In this document: one piece after another, positions 1-9,124 of the stretch
How the letters are laid out: each line of letters begins with the position of its first letter
How positions within the stretch are numbered: the stretch's first letter is position 1
Assembly: GCA_040389905.1 (NCBI GenBank)
Contig: JAZJZK010000005.1
Span: 224,001 to 288,000, forward strand
Direction: 5' to 3'
Origin: Gemmatimonadota bacterium
GTDB lineage: Bacteria > Gemmatimonadota > Gemmatimonadetes > Gemmatimonadales > Gemmatimonadaceae
DNA: 64,000 nucleotides
Position numbers and translations under genes: made by a program
The notes under the pieces: model-generated
The model's database searches: none
What the model saw: only the letters and a program-made list of their open reading frames with translations
What the model was told of the DNA's origin: nothing

Positions 1-1188
1 CTTGAGCGAACCGTGAGGAACGGGTGGCATGCCAAGCGTCGGCGTGAGCAACACGTCGACCGACTGAAAGAATTGTCCCATCGCGCGCGCGGTGCGCTGG
101 ATGTAGCGAACTGCCGACGTGAACTCTCCTGCGGTGATCGAGCGGCCGAGCAGCGAAAGCGCCCACGTCGTGTACTCGACATCCTCTCGCCGCACGCGCC
201 GCCCCAGACGATGCTCTGCATCCTCGAGATCAGCGACGAGTTCGCCGCACACGACGGTCATGAAGGCGAAGTTGAATGTCTCGCGGTCGATGACGGGCGT
301 CTTCTCGACCAGTTCGTGGCCGAGTGATTCGAGCAGCGTCGCCGCATCGCGCATCGCCGCCGAGCAGTCCGGATGTATGTCGTGTCCGAGCAGCGGCGCG
401 TCCGTGAATGCAATGCGAAGCTTGCCGGGCGGAGTCGAGACTTCGTCGAGAAAGGGACGAACGCGCGCCGGAGCAGCGTATGGTGCCCCGATCTCGTCGC
501 CCTGCAATGCATCGAGCATGGCCGCTGAGTCACGCACGGAGCGCGTCAGTACGCCTTCGGTCACGGCGCCTCCCCAGATCTCGCCGTCGTCGGGCCCCGT
601 CGGGACGTAGCCGCGCGTTGGCTTGAAGCCGAAGATGCCGCAGCACGAGGCCGGAATGCGAATGGAGCCACCGCCGTCGCCTCCGCCCGCCATCGGCACC
701 ATGCCACTCGCCACCGCGGCGCCAGATCCGCCGCTCGATCCTCCGGTCGTGCGTTCGACATTCCACGGATTCCGCGTCGGCCCGAAGAGCTCCGGCTCGG
801 TAAACGGCGTGAGCCCGAATTCCGGCGTGTTCGTCTTACCAAGGACGATGACGCCTGAACGGCGGTAGCGCGCCATCACCTCGGAGTCGTGTGGCGGCAC
901 AAAGCCGCGATACAGCCGGCTTCCGCTCGCCATCGGCTCGCCGGCGTATGCTGTGAGGAGATCCTTGATGAGAAAGGGAACGCCAGCAAACGGTGCGTCG
1001 TCACGCGGTGTGTCCGCTGCGCGCCGCGCCGCATCGAACATGGGATGAATGACCGCGTTCAGCGCGGGGTTGAGTCGTTCGATGCGCGCAATGGCGACAT
1101 CCACCAACTCGCGCGAGGAGACTTGCCGCGTGCGAATGAGCTCGGCGAGCCCGAGGGCGTCGTATCGAATGAAGTCGGTGGAATTCAT
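1..1188 (-). CDS. Amidase signature family protein (partial, 3' end runs off the window start)
   Basis: Not in the ORF track. Manual translation from ATG at 1188 gives [47 protein letters not shown], and further on the amidase motifs [10 protein letters not shown] and [10 protein letters not shown]. Confidence 0.92.
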   Translation of the reverse strand, partial: MNSTDFIRYDALGLAELIRTRQVSSRELVDVAIARIERLNPALNAVIHPMFDAARRAADTPRDDAPFAGVPFLIKDLLTAYAGEPMASGSRLYRGFVPPHDSEVMARYRRSGVIVLGKTNTPEFGLTPFTEPELFGPTRNPWNVERTTGGSSGGSGAAVASGMVPMAGGGDGGGSIRIPASCCGIFGFKPTRGYVPTGPDDGEIWGGAVTEGVLTRSVRDSAAMLDALQGDEIGAPYAAPARVRPFLDEVSTPPGKLRIAFTDAPLLGHDIHPDCSAAMRDAATLLESLGHELVEKTPVIDRETFNFAFMTVVCGELVADLEDAEHRLGRRVRREDVEYTTWALSLLGRSITAGEFTSAVRYIQRTARAMGQFFQSVDVLLTPTLGMPPVPHGSLK

Positions 1189-1327
1189 GGTACAGGAGTC
1201 AATGCGGTGGAATGATGCGAGCGCAAGCGATGACGCGCGAATCCGAAGCCAAACTACGTTGAAGGCATGCCAAGCGCAGCGGCCGACCTTCCAGTCACAA
1301 TGCGGCAAAACCGTCCGCTAGTGGACG

Positions 1328-1358
1328 ATGATAACATAGTTGCGTACGTTGTTATCAT
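1328..1358. promoter_or_regulatory. Inverted-repeat operator of the vapBC-type operon
   Basis: ATGATAACA-N13-TGTTATCAT is a perfect 9-bp inverted repeat overlapping the antitoxin ATG at 1357. Confidence 0.65.
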
Positions 1359-1581
1359 GATTCGGACGCAGATCAGCCTCACGCAGGCGGAGTACCGCGC
1401 TGCCAAGAAGGAAGCTCGCCGCCTGGGCGTGTCACTGGCCGAGCTGCTCCGCCGTTCGCTCCGAGGTCTCCTGCCGTCGGATGATGCGAGGCCGTGGATG
1501 CGATACGCCGGGATGATCGAGTCGGGAGATCCCGAGTCGTCCCAGCACATTGACGACGTCATCTATGGCCAGAAGGACTGA
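1357..1581 (+). CDS. vapB: Ribbon-helix-helix (CopG-like) antitoxin
   Basis: MIRTQISLTQAEYRAAKKEARRLGVSLAELLRR RHH pattern; acidic C-terminus HIDDVIYG; overlaps the PIN toxin gene. Confidence 0.85.
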   Translation: MIRTQISLTQAEYRAAKKEARRLGVSLAELLRRSLRGLLPSDDARPWMRYAGMIESGDPESSQHIDDVIYGQKD

Positions 1582-1978
1582 GGCATACGTCGACACATCG
1601 GCGCTGATTGCATTCTGCGATCGGTCCGATACGCACCACCCGCTTTTTCGACGACTCTTCGGCGATCCACCCGGGCTGGTGACTACGACACTTGTCATCG
1701 CCGAGGGGCACGGCTGGTTCCTGAAGCGGTACGATCGCACTCGCGCGCTCCAGTTCATGTCATTCGTCGAGGAACTCGCGCCACTTCGCGTTTTCCCAAC
1801 GGGAGCCGACGAGATAGCCGGAGGAGCGAGCATCCTGCGTCGTTTCGCCGATCAGAATCTCACATTGACGGATGCAGTTGGCCTTCATTTGATGAAAGTG
1901 AAGCGCACCCGGTCGTGCTGGTCAACGGACCGTCATTTGAGGCTGACGGGAGTGCCGCTGATCATCGATGACGTATGA
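1565..1978 (+). CDS. vapC: PIN-domain toxin
   Basis: YVDTSALIA, VIAEG, LTLTDAV and WSTDRH motifs carry the conserved PIN acidic residues; directly downstream of an RHH gene. Confidence 0.9.
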   Translation: MARRTEAYVDTSALIAFCDRSDTHHPLFRRLFGDPPGLVTTTLVIAEGHGWFLKRYDRTRALQFMSFVEELAPLRVFPTGADEIAGGASILRRFADQNLTLTDAVGLHLMKVKRTRSCWSTDRHLRLTGVPLIIDDV

Positions 1979-1992
1979 CGTGCCAAGCGGGT

Positions 1993-2898
1993 TTATCCGT
2001 TTCCCATGCCGACGATCCGTAGCGTTCCAGGCACGCAACTCACAGAGAGGACGTTGGAATCGTGACGGAGATACTCGCCATCGACGTCGTACGCCGGCGC
2101 TGACGAGAACCGCAACTCGAGTGATGCCGCATGCGCGGTGCGTACATCGGCTTCGGCACCATGTGTTCCGCGCACTGCCTTGCTGAAGAGATGCAGGCGG
2201 CGCGCTGACGAAGCGTCGTGAATGGCGACGACGTCGAGCAGCCCGTCCAGGAGCGATGCATCCGGCGCAATCTGAAACGAACCACCGAACCGCCGCCCGT
2301 TTGCCACGACGAGCAACAGATGTCGCCGGTTGCCGTGTGCGGTGCCATCCACGTTGACATCGACGTCGATACCTCGGTACCCCGTGAGCTCCCGCAACGC
2401 AGCGTAGAGATACAGTGCATCACCATTGAGCCACGGCGTGCGCGCGCACCGCTCGAGCACAGCCACGTCGAAACCGACGCCGAGCGCGTTCAGGAAGTAG
2501 CGATCCTCGACGCGCCCGACGTCGATACGTGTGTCGGGGCCATCGACCGAGAGCCGCGCGGTCGCCTCGATGTCTCGTGCGGGAACGCCGGCGGTCTTTG
2601 CAAAGTCGTTGCCCGTACCAGCGGCGATCAGCGCAAGACGGCAATCGGGATTTGTATGAAGGAGCGCATTGGCCACGTTGCTCCACGTTCCATCGCCGCC
2701 AACCGCGACGAGCGTCGTCGCGCCCCCATCGATGGCTCGGCGGGCGAGAAGTGATTCGTTCTCGTCTCGTGAGGTGAGCGAGATCCGCGAGATGCCGACC
2801 GCTCCGAAGGCCGCACGAACGCGTTCGAGAACGCGTGCGCCGCGTCCGCGGCCGGACGCCGGATTGACGATCACATGTACCTGCGATGCGCTGCTCAT
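1993..2898 (-). CDS. Diacylglycerol/lipid kinase family protein (YegS/DagK-like)
   Basis: VIVNPASGRG, VGGDGT, GTGNDFA, GFD, NGRRFGG and DGLLDV motifs. Start set at MSSASQV (2898). Confidence 0.92.
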   Translation of the reverse strand: MSSASQVHVIVNPASGRGRGARVLERVRAAFGAVGISRISLTSRDENESLLARRAIDGGATTLVAVGGDGTWSNVANALLHTNPDCRLALIAAGTGNDFAKTAGVPARDIEATARLSVDGPDTRIDVGRVEDRYFLNALGVGFDVAVLERCARTPWLNGDALYLYAALRELTGYRGIDVDVNVDGTAHGNRRHLLLVVANGRRFGGSFQIAPDASLLDGLLDVVAIHDASSARRLHLFSKAVRGTHGAEADVRTAHAASLELRFSSAPAYDVDGEYLRHDSNVLSVSCVPGTLRIVGMGNG

Positions 2899-3034
2899 GC
2901 GAACCAATGTGCCATACGGATGGTGGTCGCGCTGGTGGTGCGCATGTAAATGATGATCTGGACAGCAATACCCAGCGAGCACATCTTCTGGACCCACCCC
3001 GTCTATGTGAGATCACCCCGTCGTCGGCGCCACC

Positions 3035-6000
3035 ATGCTGATTGATCTCCGAATCGCCCGCCGGGCCCGCGTTGTCGCTGTGGTTTCCGCCGGCGTCGTT
3101 GCTGCATCGGCACTGCTTCCATCGCGCGGCTCGGCCCAGGGTGCGGTCGCGGTGAATGTATCGGATAGCGCGCAGATCTCGGTTGTCCGTAACAAGACGC
3201 TGCGAATCCCGATCGTCCTTGTGCCGACGGGCGGGATAGACATCGCGTCATTCCAGGGTGACATCACCTTTGGCACTGCGCGTCTACGGTTCGATTCCCT
3301 GACCACAGGACCCTTTGGCGTGCTCACGCCGAATACGTCGAACGCCGCCTCGGGCGCGTTGGTGCTCAACGCGACGCGCGCGAGCGGCCAGCCCGCCCGT
3401 GACACGATTGCGAATCTGTATTTCACCGCGGACAACGTGCTCACTGGCGCGTTGTCGTTCGCGCAGCTTGGCGGATCCCGCGTGAGCGCGAGGCCGACCG
3501 CGGCGACGAATGGCGCGGCAGCGAACATTCTGGCGAGTGTCTTCCCGCGACAACTCGATGTCTGTGTGGTTACCGGCGTCTGGGGCGATGTAAACGATGA
3601 TGGTGGAGTCAATGTCATCGATGCCCAGCAGATTGCTCGCTATTCCGTCGGCCTTTCGGTGTTGAATGATTCCGCGGTGATACAGCGCGGTGACGTGACG
3701 GCCAGCAACAGTGTCGATATCATCGATGCGCAGCAGATCGCCCGCTACTCGGTGGGCCTGTCCGCGGCGGCGCGTATCAATACGCCTGCATTTCTCCCCG
3801 CCGCTGTCGCGAGCATGACCGCGTCGCCCGGAGGCACGCAGAATGTGGCCGTCGGGGGAACGCTTCAGCTCACCGCCGATCCGACGAACGCTACTGGCGC
3901 GTCTGTCTCGGGATGTGCGCTCGTGTCCTGGTCCACGTCGGATGCGGGGAAGGCGACGGTGTCTGCGAGCGGTCTTGTAACGGGCGTGGGAAATGGAAGT
4001 GCCGTCATCACGGCGACCAGCGGAGCGAAGACGGCGACCGTCACCGTGAACGTAGGGCCGGTCAATGGGGGAACGGTGAGCGCGATCGAGTTCGTGAATG
4101 GCGCCAGTCAGTATGGCTATACGAATGCCACCGTTCCCGTTGAAATGCGCGCAGTGAATGCCACCGGTGGAACCGTGCCTGGTGCAACGATCACCCTCAG
4201 TCTCACGAGTGGACCCGGTACGCTGATCGGTCCCAGCGGAACAACCGCGACGGTGAACGTGGTCAGCGACGCCAATGGGCTCGCGACAGCGACGTTCTCG
4301 ACAACCACCGCCGGAGCGTCCGTCCTCAATGTCTCTGCGGCCGGCATCACCCCAGTGACGGCGTCGGTCACGGCGATCACCCGCTTCATCGGCCAGCACA
4401 TCTGCATGGGGAACTTCTGGTCGATTCGCTGCTGGGGCAACAATTCCCTCGGCCAGCTCGGGGACGGGACCACGAGCAATAGCCTTGTCCCCGTGAACGT
4501 GAATCTCTCGGGCATTGCGCTCGCACTTCCGCAGGCCAGTGTGACAGTCAGCCCGCAAGGGATCGGCGACCACACCTGCCTCCTCGACGACGCCGGCAAA
4601 GCGTATTGCTGGGGATCGAATACGGCTGGCCAACTGGGCGATGGCACGCAGGTGAACAGGAACAATCCGACAGCCGTGAACACCGCGCTTCGCTTCACCG
4701 CCATCGCGACTGGTAGCGAGCACACGTGTGCATTGACGAGTGGCGGCGAGATGTACTGTTGGGGTTCCAACTTCGTCGGACAGATCGGTGACGGGACCCG
4801 AGCGAATATCCGCCCTGCCCCGACGCGGGTAAGCGCGGCCGCCGGTGTCACGTTCGTGTCGATTGCGCTCGGAAGCCAGCACAGCTGCGCGATTGGCCAG
4901 AACGTCGTGACGTATTGCTGGGGCTCGAACGCGAGTGGCCAACTCGGTGACGGGACGTTGGTCGATCGCGCTGCGCCTACTGTCGTCACGGGTTCATTGG
5001 CGTTGACTACGGTGAGCGCTGGAGACACGCACACCTGCGGCTTGACGGCCGCAGGCGCGGCCTTCTGCTGGGGAGCGCGCGCCAATGGTGCGCTGGGCGA
5101 CGGAGGCAGCACCTCGCTCTCGCAGCCGACACCGGTTGCCGTCGCCAACAACCATGTGTTCCAGTCGATTCATGCGGGCTGGCTGTACACCTGCGGCGCG
5201 AAGGCCAACGGAGAAGTCTGGTGTTGGGGTGCGAACTTCTTCGGTCGCTTCGGCGATGGGACGACCACGGCGACTTACACCGTACCCACCTTTATTCCGT
5301 TCAACGGCCACGCCATTCGCGCGAGTGGTTGGAACAACACGCTGTCCGCGATTACAACCTGCGGCCTCGCGGCAGGCACGGAGCAGGTGTTGTGCTGGGG
5401 CCGGAATTCGCAGGGATTCGTCGGCGACGGAACCACCACCGATCGACTGCTTCCCACGGTCGTTGCGCAGGCTGGCGCAGCGGTCGGAGCGTTTGGAGCG
5501 CTGCGACCCGTCCTCCCCCTTGTGCCGCCGAGTGCCACGAAGGGATCCGCGGTTGCGGACAATCCGACGATTCTCCTGCGTGACCGGCTTGGAAACCCGA
5601 TCGCTGGAGCGACGATAGAGTTCTTCGTCACATCGGGCGGCGGCACCATCGCGAATGCCACAACGACGACGGATGGGTCCGGGCAGGCATCTGGTGGAAC
5701 ATGGACACTCGGGCCAAATGCGGGCATCAATCGGCTCACGGCGCGCGTCGCGATAACAGGGCCGAGCGGAGCGTCGGGCTATACGAGCTACGTCTTCGTG
5801 GCGTTCGGGACGAACGTGGCAGCGAACATCTCGATTTTTGCGGGCAACAACCAGGTGCAGCGGCAGAGCCTGACGTATCCTGGCGCGCTGACGGTGCTGG
5901 TTACGGATGCCGCTTCGGTGCCGATTCCGAATGTGCAGATCACCTTCGCCGTCGCATCCGGTGGAGGCTTCGTGAGCAATTCCGCCGGGGCCAGTTCCTC

Positions 6001-9000
6001 GTCTGCAACGTTGCTTACTGACGCCAATGGGTTGGCGCGGACGCTTGCGAGCGCACCCGGTGTGGCGCAGGCGCAGACGATCACGGCGACCGGAGCGGGA
6101 CTGTCGGCCGTCACCTTCAACCTGAGATCGGCGCCTCTCTTCAACAACGGCGTGCACTGTGAATTGACGTCCGCGGGGGCTGCCTACTGCTGGGGATCGA
6201 ACGATCACGGACAAGTCGGCGATGGTACAACGACGACGCCGCGAGTCTTGCCGACCGCCGTGACTGGCGGTGTGGCATTTACCTCGCTGGCCGATGGTGT
6301 CGGCGACCACATGTGCGGACTGACGGTGGCGGGTGTGGCGTGGTGTTGGGGATCGAATGCCTTCGGCCAGCTCGGTGACAACACGACGACAGACCGGCCG
6401 GCTCCGACCCAGGTCGGTGGTGGCCTCACCTTCACGAAACTGGTCATCAGCTTCACGAGCACCTGCGGCCGCACCTCGGCGGGTGCGCTGTACTGTTGGG
6501 GCGGGGCTGGCAACGGGATCTACGGAGACGGCGCGATCGGGATCGTTCGAATGTTGCCCACGGCCGCCACGGTCGGTGGCCTCGTGTTCAGCGATCTGGC
6601 GATGTACGGATCGGTGTCCGGGTCACACCTCTGCGGAATCGCCACTGGGGGCGCCGCGTACTGCTGGGGCTTGAACGACGCCGGCCAACTCGGGGACGGC
6701 TCCTTCACCAACCGCACTGCGCCAGCGGCTGTCGCCGGCGGACTCGCGTTCACGAAAATCTCGGCGGGAGACCGCCTTACGTGTGGACTCGTGAGCACAG
6801 GCCAGGTGCACTGCTGGGGTCTGGGCATTTCGGGCCAGATGGGGAACGGAACGACCTCGTCGTCCGCGATTCCGGTTACTGGCCCCACGAACTACAACTT
6901 CGTCGCATTCTCGACCTCGGGCGCCACATCGTGTGGCATCAACAACGTCGGTGCCGCGTATTGCTGGGGTGCCTTCGCGAGCGGGCAGGGTGGTGACGGC
7001 ACCACGGTGAACAAGAGCAGTCCGACGCGCGTGGAGGGAAGCATCGCGTTTGGTGCACTCCGCTTACGTGGCGCCACCTCGTGTGGCCGCGCCGCTGGCG
7101 GATCGGCGCACGTGTACTGCTGGGGTAACAACGTCAACGGCCAGGTTGGCGACAACAGCGTCGCGAATCGCACGACGCCCACGGCCACCACCTGGCCCGA
7201 GGGCGTGGCTGGTGCGGCGGTGTCGGTGGTGGTGAGTGCTGATAATCCGGCCGGTTATCCGGGATCGGCCGCATGGCCGGCACCCTCCGTTCTCGTGCGT
7301 GACTACGTGGGGAATCCAGTGAGTGGCGTGAGCGTCACCTTCACGGTGAAATCGGGTGGTGGAAGCGTGACCGGGTCTACAGCCGTCACCGACGCCAATG
7401 GAATCGCCACGGTCGGCAGTTGGATACTCGGTGGCGCCGCTTCGCAGACGCTTTCTGCCACCGCGGCCGGCCTGTCGGCCGCAATCTTCAGCGCAAACCC
7501 CATTGCGTTCTCCGAAACGACGATCGCATCGCTGTATCGCACCATCTGGGGCGCCACGGCGGGCTGCAACAACTGCATTAACACACAGGCGCACGCGATG
7601 GCGCTGGAGAACTACTCCGAGCTTTCGAATTTCTCGATGAAAGTGCGCTCGGTCATTCCACGCACGGCGATCGGGAACGATGCCATCGACTCTTCCGCCA
7701 CGGCGAACTATTCCACGTTCCGCGCCCTCGCCGACGTCGCGCGAGCGGCGGCGTACAGCATTCAGACGGTCAACAGCATTGCCGGCGCTGGTGGCGGCAC
7801 CAATACCGCGTTCGGCTCGAAGGCACAGGATGCGCGTGGCCGTGCCTTTGCGTTTTTCAACGCGGGATGGGCGCTCGGTAGTCTGGCCCTCGCGTTTGAC
7901 TCGTCGGCGATTGTTACGCCAGCCTCGCCGTCGGGCGTCAATCCGCCGCTCTCCGGGTATCGGGATGTCAGTGACGCCGCCATTCGAATGCTCGACTCCG
8001 CAATTGCATGGGCCACGAGTTCCGACATTACGAATGGCGCGAATGGATTCCCGCTTCCAAGTTCGTGGATCAATGGCAATCCCCTCTCCCAGGCGCAGTT
8101 CGTAGCACTGGTGCGCTCACACCGCGCTCGAATTCGCGCGGGTGTTTCACGTTCACCAGCAGAGCGAGCTGCGGTAAACTGGGGCGCAGTGGTCGCCGAC
8201 GCGCAGAACGGGATTGCGTCCGACTTCCAGCTTAGCCTGTCCGTGAGCGCGGGGTGGTCTGGTACGCTGGTCTTCGATACCCAGCAGATGTATTCGTCTG
8301 CGCAATGGCACCAGCTCAGCATGTTGATGTTCGGCATGGCCGATACGACCGGCGCGTACGCCAGCTACCTGGCGTCGCCACTCAGCACCCGCGACGGCAT
8401 GTTCCTGGTGCGGACGCCCGACCTGCGCTTCCCGCAGGGCGCATCGCGAGCCGCACAGCAGGCCGACACGCCGACGCCGCTGCCAGCAGGGCGCTACATC
8501 CGCAATCGCTCTGCGGGGGAGGACATCTTCAACAGCGCGAGCTACAGTAACTCGTTCTACGACTTCCGCAGGTGGCAGCCGATCTCCGGATCCGGCAACG
8601 GACAGTGGACGCAGATGTCCAAAGTCGAGAACGACATGCTCGCCGCCGAGGGGATGATCCGTACGGGCAACTATCCCGGCGCTGCCGTCTTGATCAATGC
8701 ATCGCGCTCGGCGCATGGGTTACCGGTGATCACGGCGTTCAATAACAGCTCACCGGTCCCCGGTGGCAACGCATGCGTTCCGAAGATCCCGCTCCCGCCC
8801 TCGTACAACACCGCCGGATGCGGCAACATGTTCGAGGCGCTCAAGTGGGAGAAGCGTATGGAGACGCTGTATTCGTGCTCTTTCATGTGCTGGTTCACGG
8901 ACAGCCGCGGCTGGGGTGATCTACCTGAGGGCACTCCCGTTCACTGGCCGGTACCGTATCAGGAATTGGACGCCCGCGGCAAGCCGCGCTATCAAATGGC

Positions 9001-9034
9001 TGGTTCGACGAACAAAGGGGCCTACGGTTGGTAG
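3035..9034 (+). CDS. Giant secreted protein A (1999 aa): signal peptide, cohesin-like domain, dockerin, Ig-like domains, two RCC1-repeat propellers, C-terminal RagB/SusD-like domain
   Basis: Signal peptide ending GSA|QG; duplicated GDVNDDGGVNVIDAQQIARYSVGL / GDVTASNSVDIIDAQQIARYSVGL; WSTSDAGKATVSASGLVTGV (Big_2-like); many CWGxNxxGQLGDGT repeats; C-terminal ALKWEKRMET...DSRGWGDLPEGTPVHWPVPYQE. Confidence 0.85.
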   Translation: MLIDLRIARRARVVAVVSAGVVAASALLPSRGSAQGAVAVNVSDSAQISVVRNKTLRIPIVLVPTGGIDIASFQGDITFGTARLRFDSLTTGPFGVLTPNTSNAASGALVLNATRASGQPARDTIANLYFTADNVLTGALSFAQLGGSRVSARPTAATNGAAANILASVFPRQLDVCVVTGVWGDVNDDGGVNVIDAQQIARYSVGLSVLNDSAVIQRGDVTASNSVDIIDAQQIARYSVGLSAAARINTPAFLPAAVASMTASPGGTQNVAVGGTLQLTADPTNATGASVSGCALVSWSTSDAGKATVSASGLVTGVGNGSAVITATSGAKTATVTVNVGPVNGGTVSAIEFVNGASQYGYTNATVPVEMRAVNATGGTVPGATITLSLTSGPGTLIGPSGTTATVNVVSDANGLATATFSTTTAGASVLNVSAAGITPVTASVTAITRFIGQHICMGNFWSIRCWGNNSLGQLGDGTTSNSLVPVNVNLSGIALALPQASVTVSPQGIGDHTCLLDDAGKAYCWGSNTAGQLGDGTQVNRNNPTAVNTALRFTAIATGSEHTCALTSGGEMYCWGSNFVGQIGDGTRANIRPAPTRVSAAAGVTFVSIALGSQHSCAIGQNVVTYCWGSNASGQLGDGTLVDRAAPTVVTGSLALTTVSAGDTHTCGLTAAGAAFCWGARANGALGDGGSTSLSQPTPVAVANNHVFQSIHAGWLYTCGAKANGEVWCWGANFFGRFGDGTTTATYTVPTFIPFNGHAIRASGWNNTLSAITTCGLAAGTEQVLCWGRNSQGFVGDGTTTDRLLPTVVAQAGAAVGAFGALRPVLPLVPPSATKGSAVADNPTILLRDRLGNPIAGATIEFFVTSGGGTIANATTTTDGSGQASGGTWTLGPNAGINRLTARVAITGPSGASGYTSYVFVAFGTNVAANISIFAGNNQVQRQSLTYPGALTVLVTDAASVPIPNVQITFAVASGGGFVSNSAGASSSSATLLTDANGLARTLASAPGVAQAQTITATGAGLSAVTFNLRSAPLFNNGVHCELTSAGAAYCWGSNDHGQVGDGTTTTPRVLPTAVTGGVAFTSLADGVGDHMCGLTVAGVAWCWGSNAFGQLGDNTTTDRPAPTQVGGGLTFTKLVISFTSTCGRTSAGALYCWGGAGNGIYGDGAIGIVRMLPTAATVGGLVFSDLAMYGSVSGSHLCGIATGGAAYCWGLNDAGQLGDGSFTNRTAPAAVAGGLAFTKISAGDRLTCGLVSTGQVHCWGLGISGQMGNGTTSSSAIPVTGPTNYNFVAFSTSGATSCGINNVGAAYCWGAFASGQGGDGTTVNKSSPTRVEGSIAFGALRLRGATSCGRAAGGSAHVYCWGNNVNGQVGDNSVANRTTPTATTWPEGVAGAAVSVVVSADNPAGYPGSAAWPAPSVLVRDYVGNPVSGVSVTFTVKSGGGSVTGSTAVTDANGIATVGSWILGGAASQTLSATAAGLSAAIFSANPIAFSETTIASLYRTIWGATAGCNNCINTQAHAMALENYSELSNFSMKVRSVIPRTAIGNDAIDSSATANYSTFRALADVARAAAYSIQTVNSIAGAGGGTNTAFGSKAQDARGRAFAFFNAGWALGSLALAFDSSAIVTPASPSGVNPPLSGYRDVSDAAIRMLDSAIAWATSSDITNGANGFPLPSSWINGNPLSQAQFVALVRSHRARIRAGVSRSPAERAAVNWGAVVADAQNGIASDFQLSLSVSAGWSGTLVFDTQQMYSSAQWHQLSMLMFGMADTTGAYASYLASPLSTRDGMFLVRTPDLRFPQGASRAAQQADTPTPLPAGRYIRNRSAGEDIFNSASYSNSFYDFRRWQPISGSGNGQWTQMSKVENDMLAAEGMIRTGNYPGAAVLINASRSAHGLPVITAFNNSSPVPGGNACVPKIPLPPSYNTAGCGNMFEALKWEKRMETLYSCSFMCWFTDSRGWGDLPEGTPVHWPVPYQELDARGKPRYQMAGSTNKGAYGW

Positions 9035-9124
9035 ACTGATGATCTGGACAGCAAAACCCTTTCGTCCCATCTTCTCGGCCCACCTTCCGTACGTGAGATC
9101 ATCATCGTTATCGGCACCCACAGG

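Noticed and set aside
9032..9034. Pyrrolysine or amber recoding as the explanation for the in-frame TAG
   Set aside because: No pyl genes or suppressor tRNA in the window. TAG ends many ordinary genes here, including paralogue B at the homologous position.
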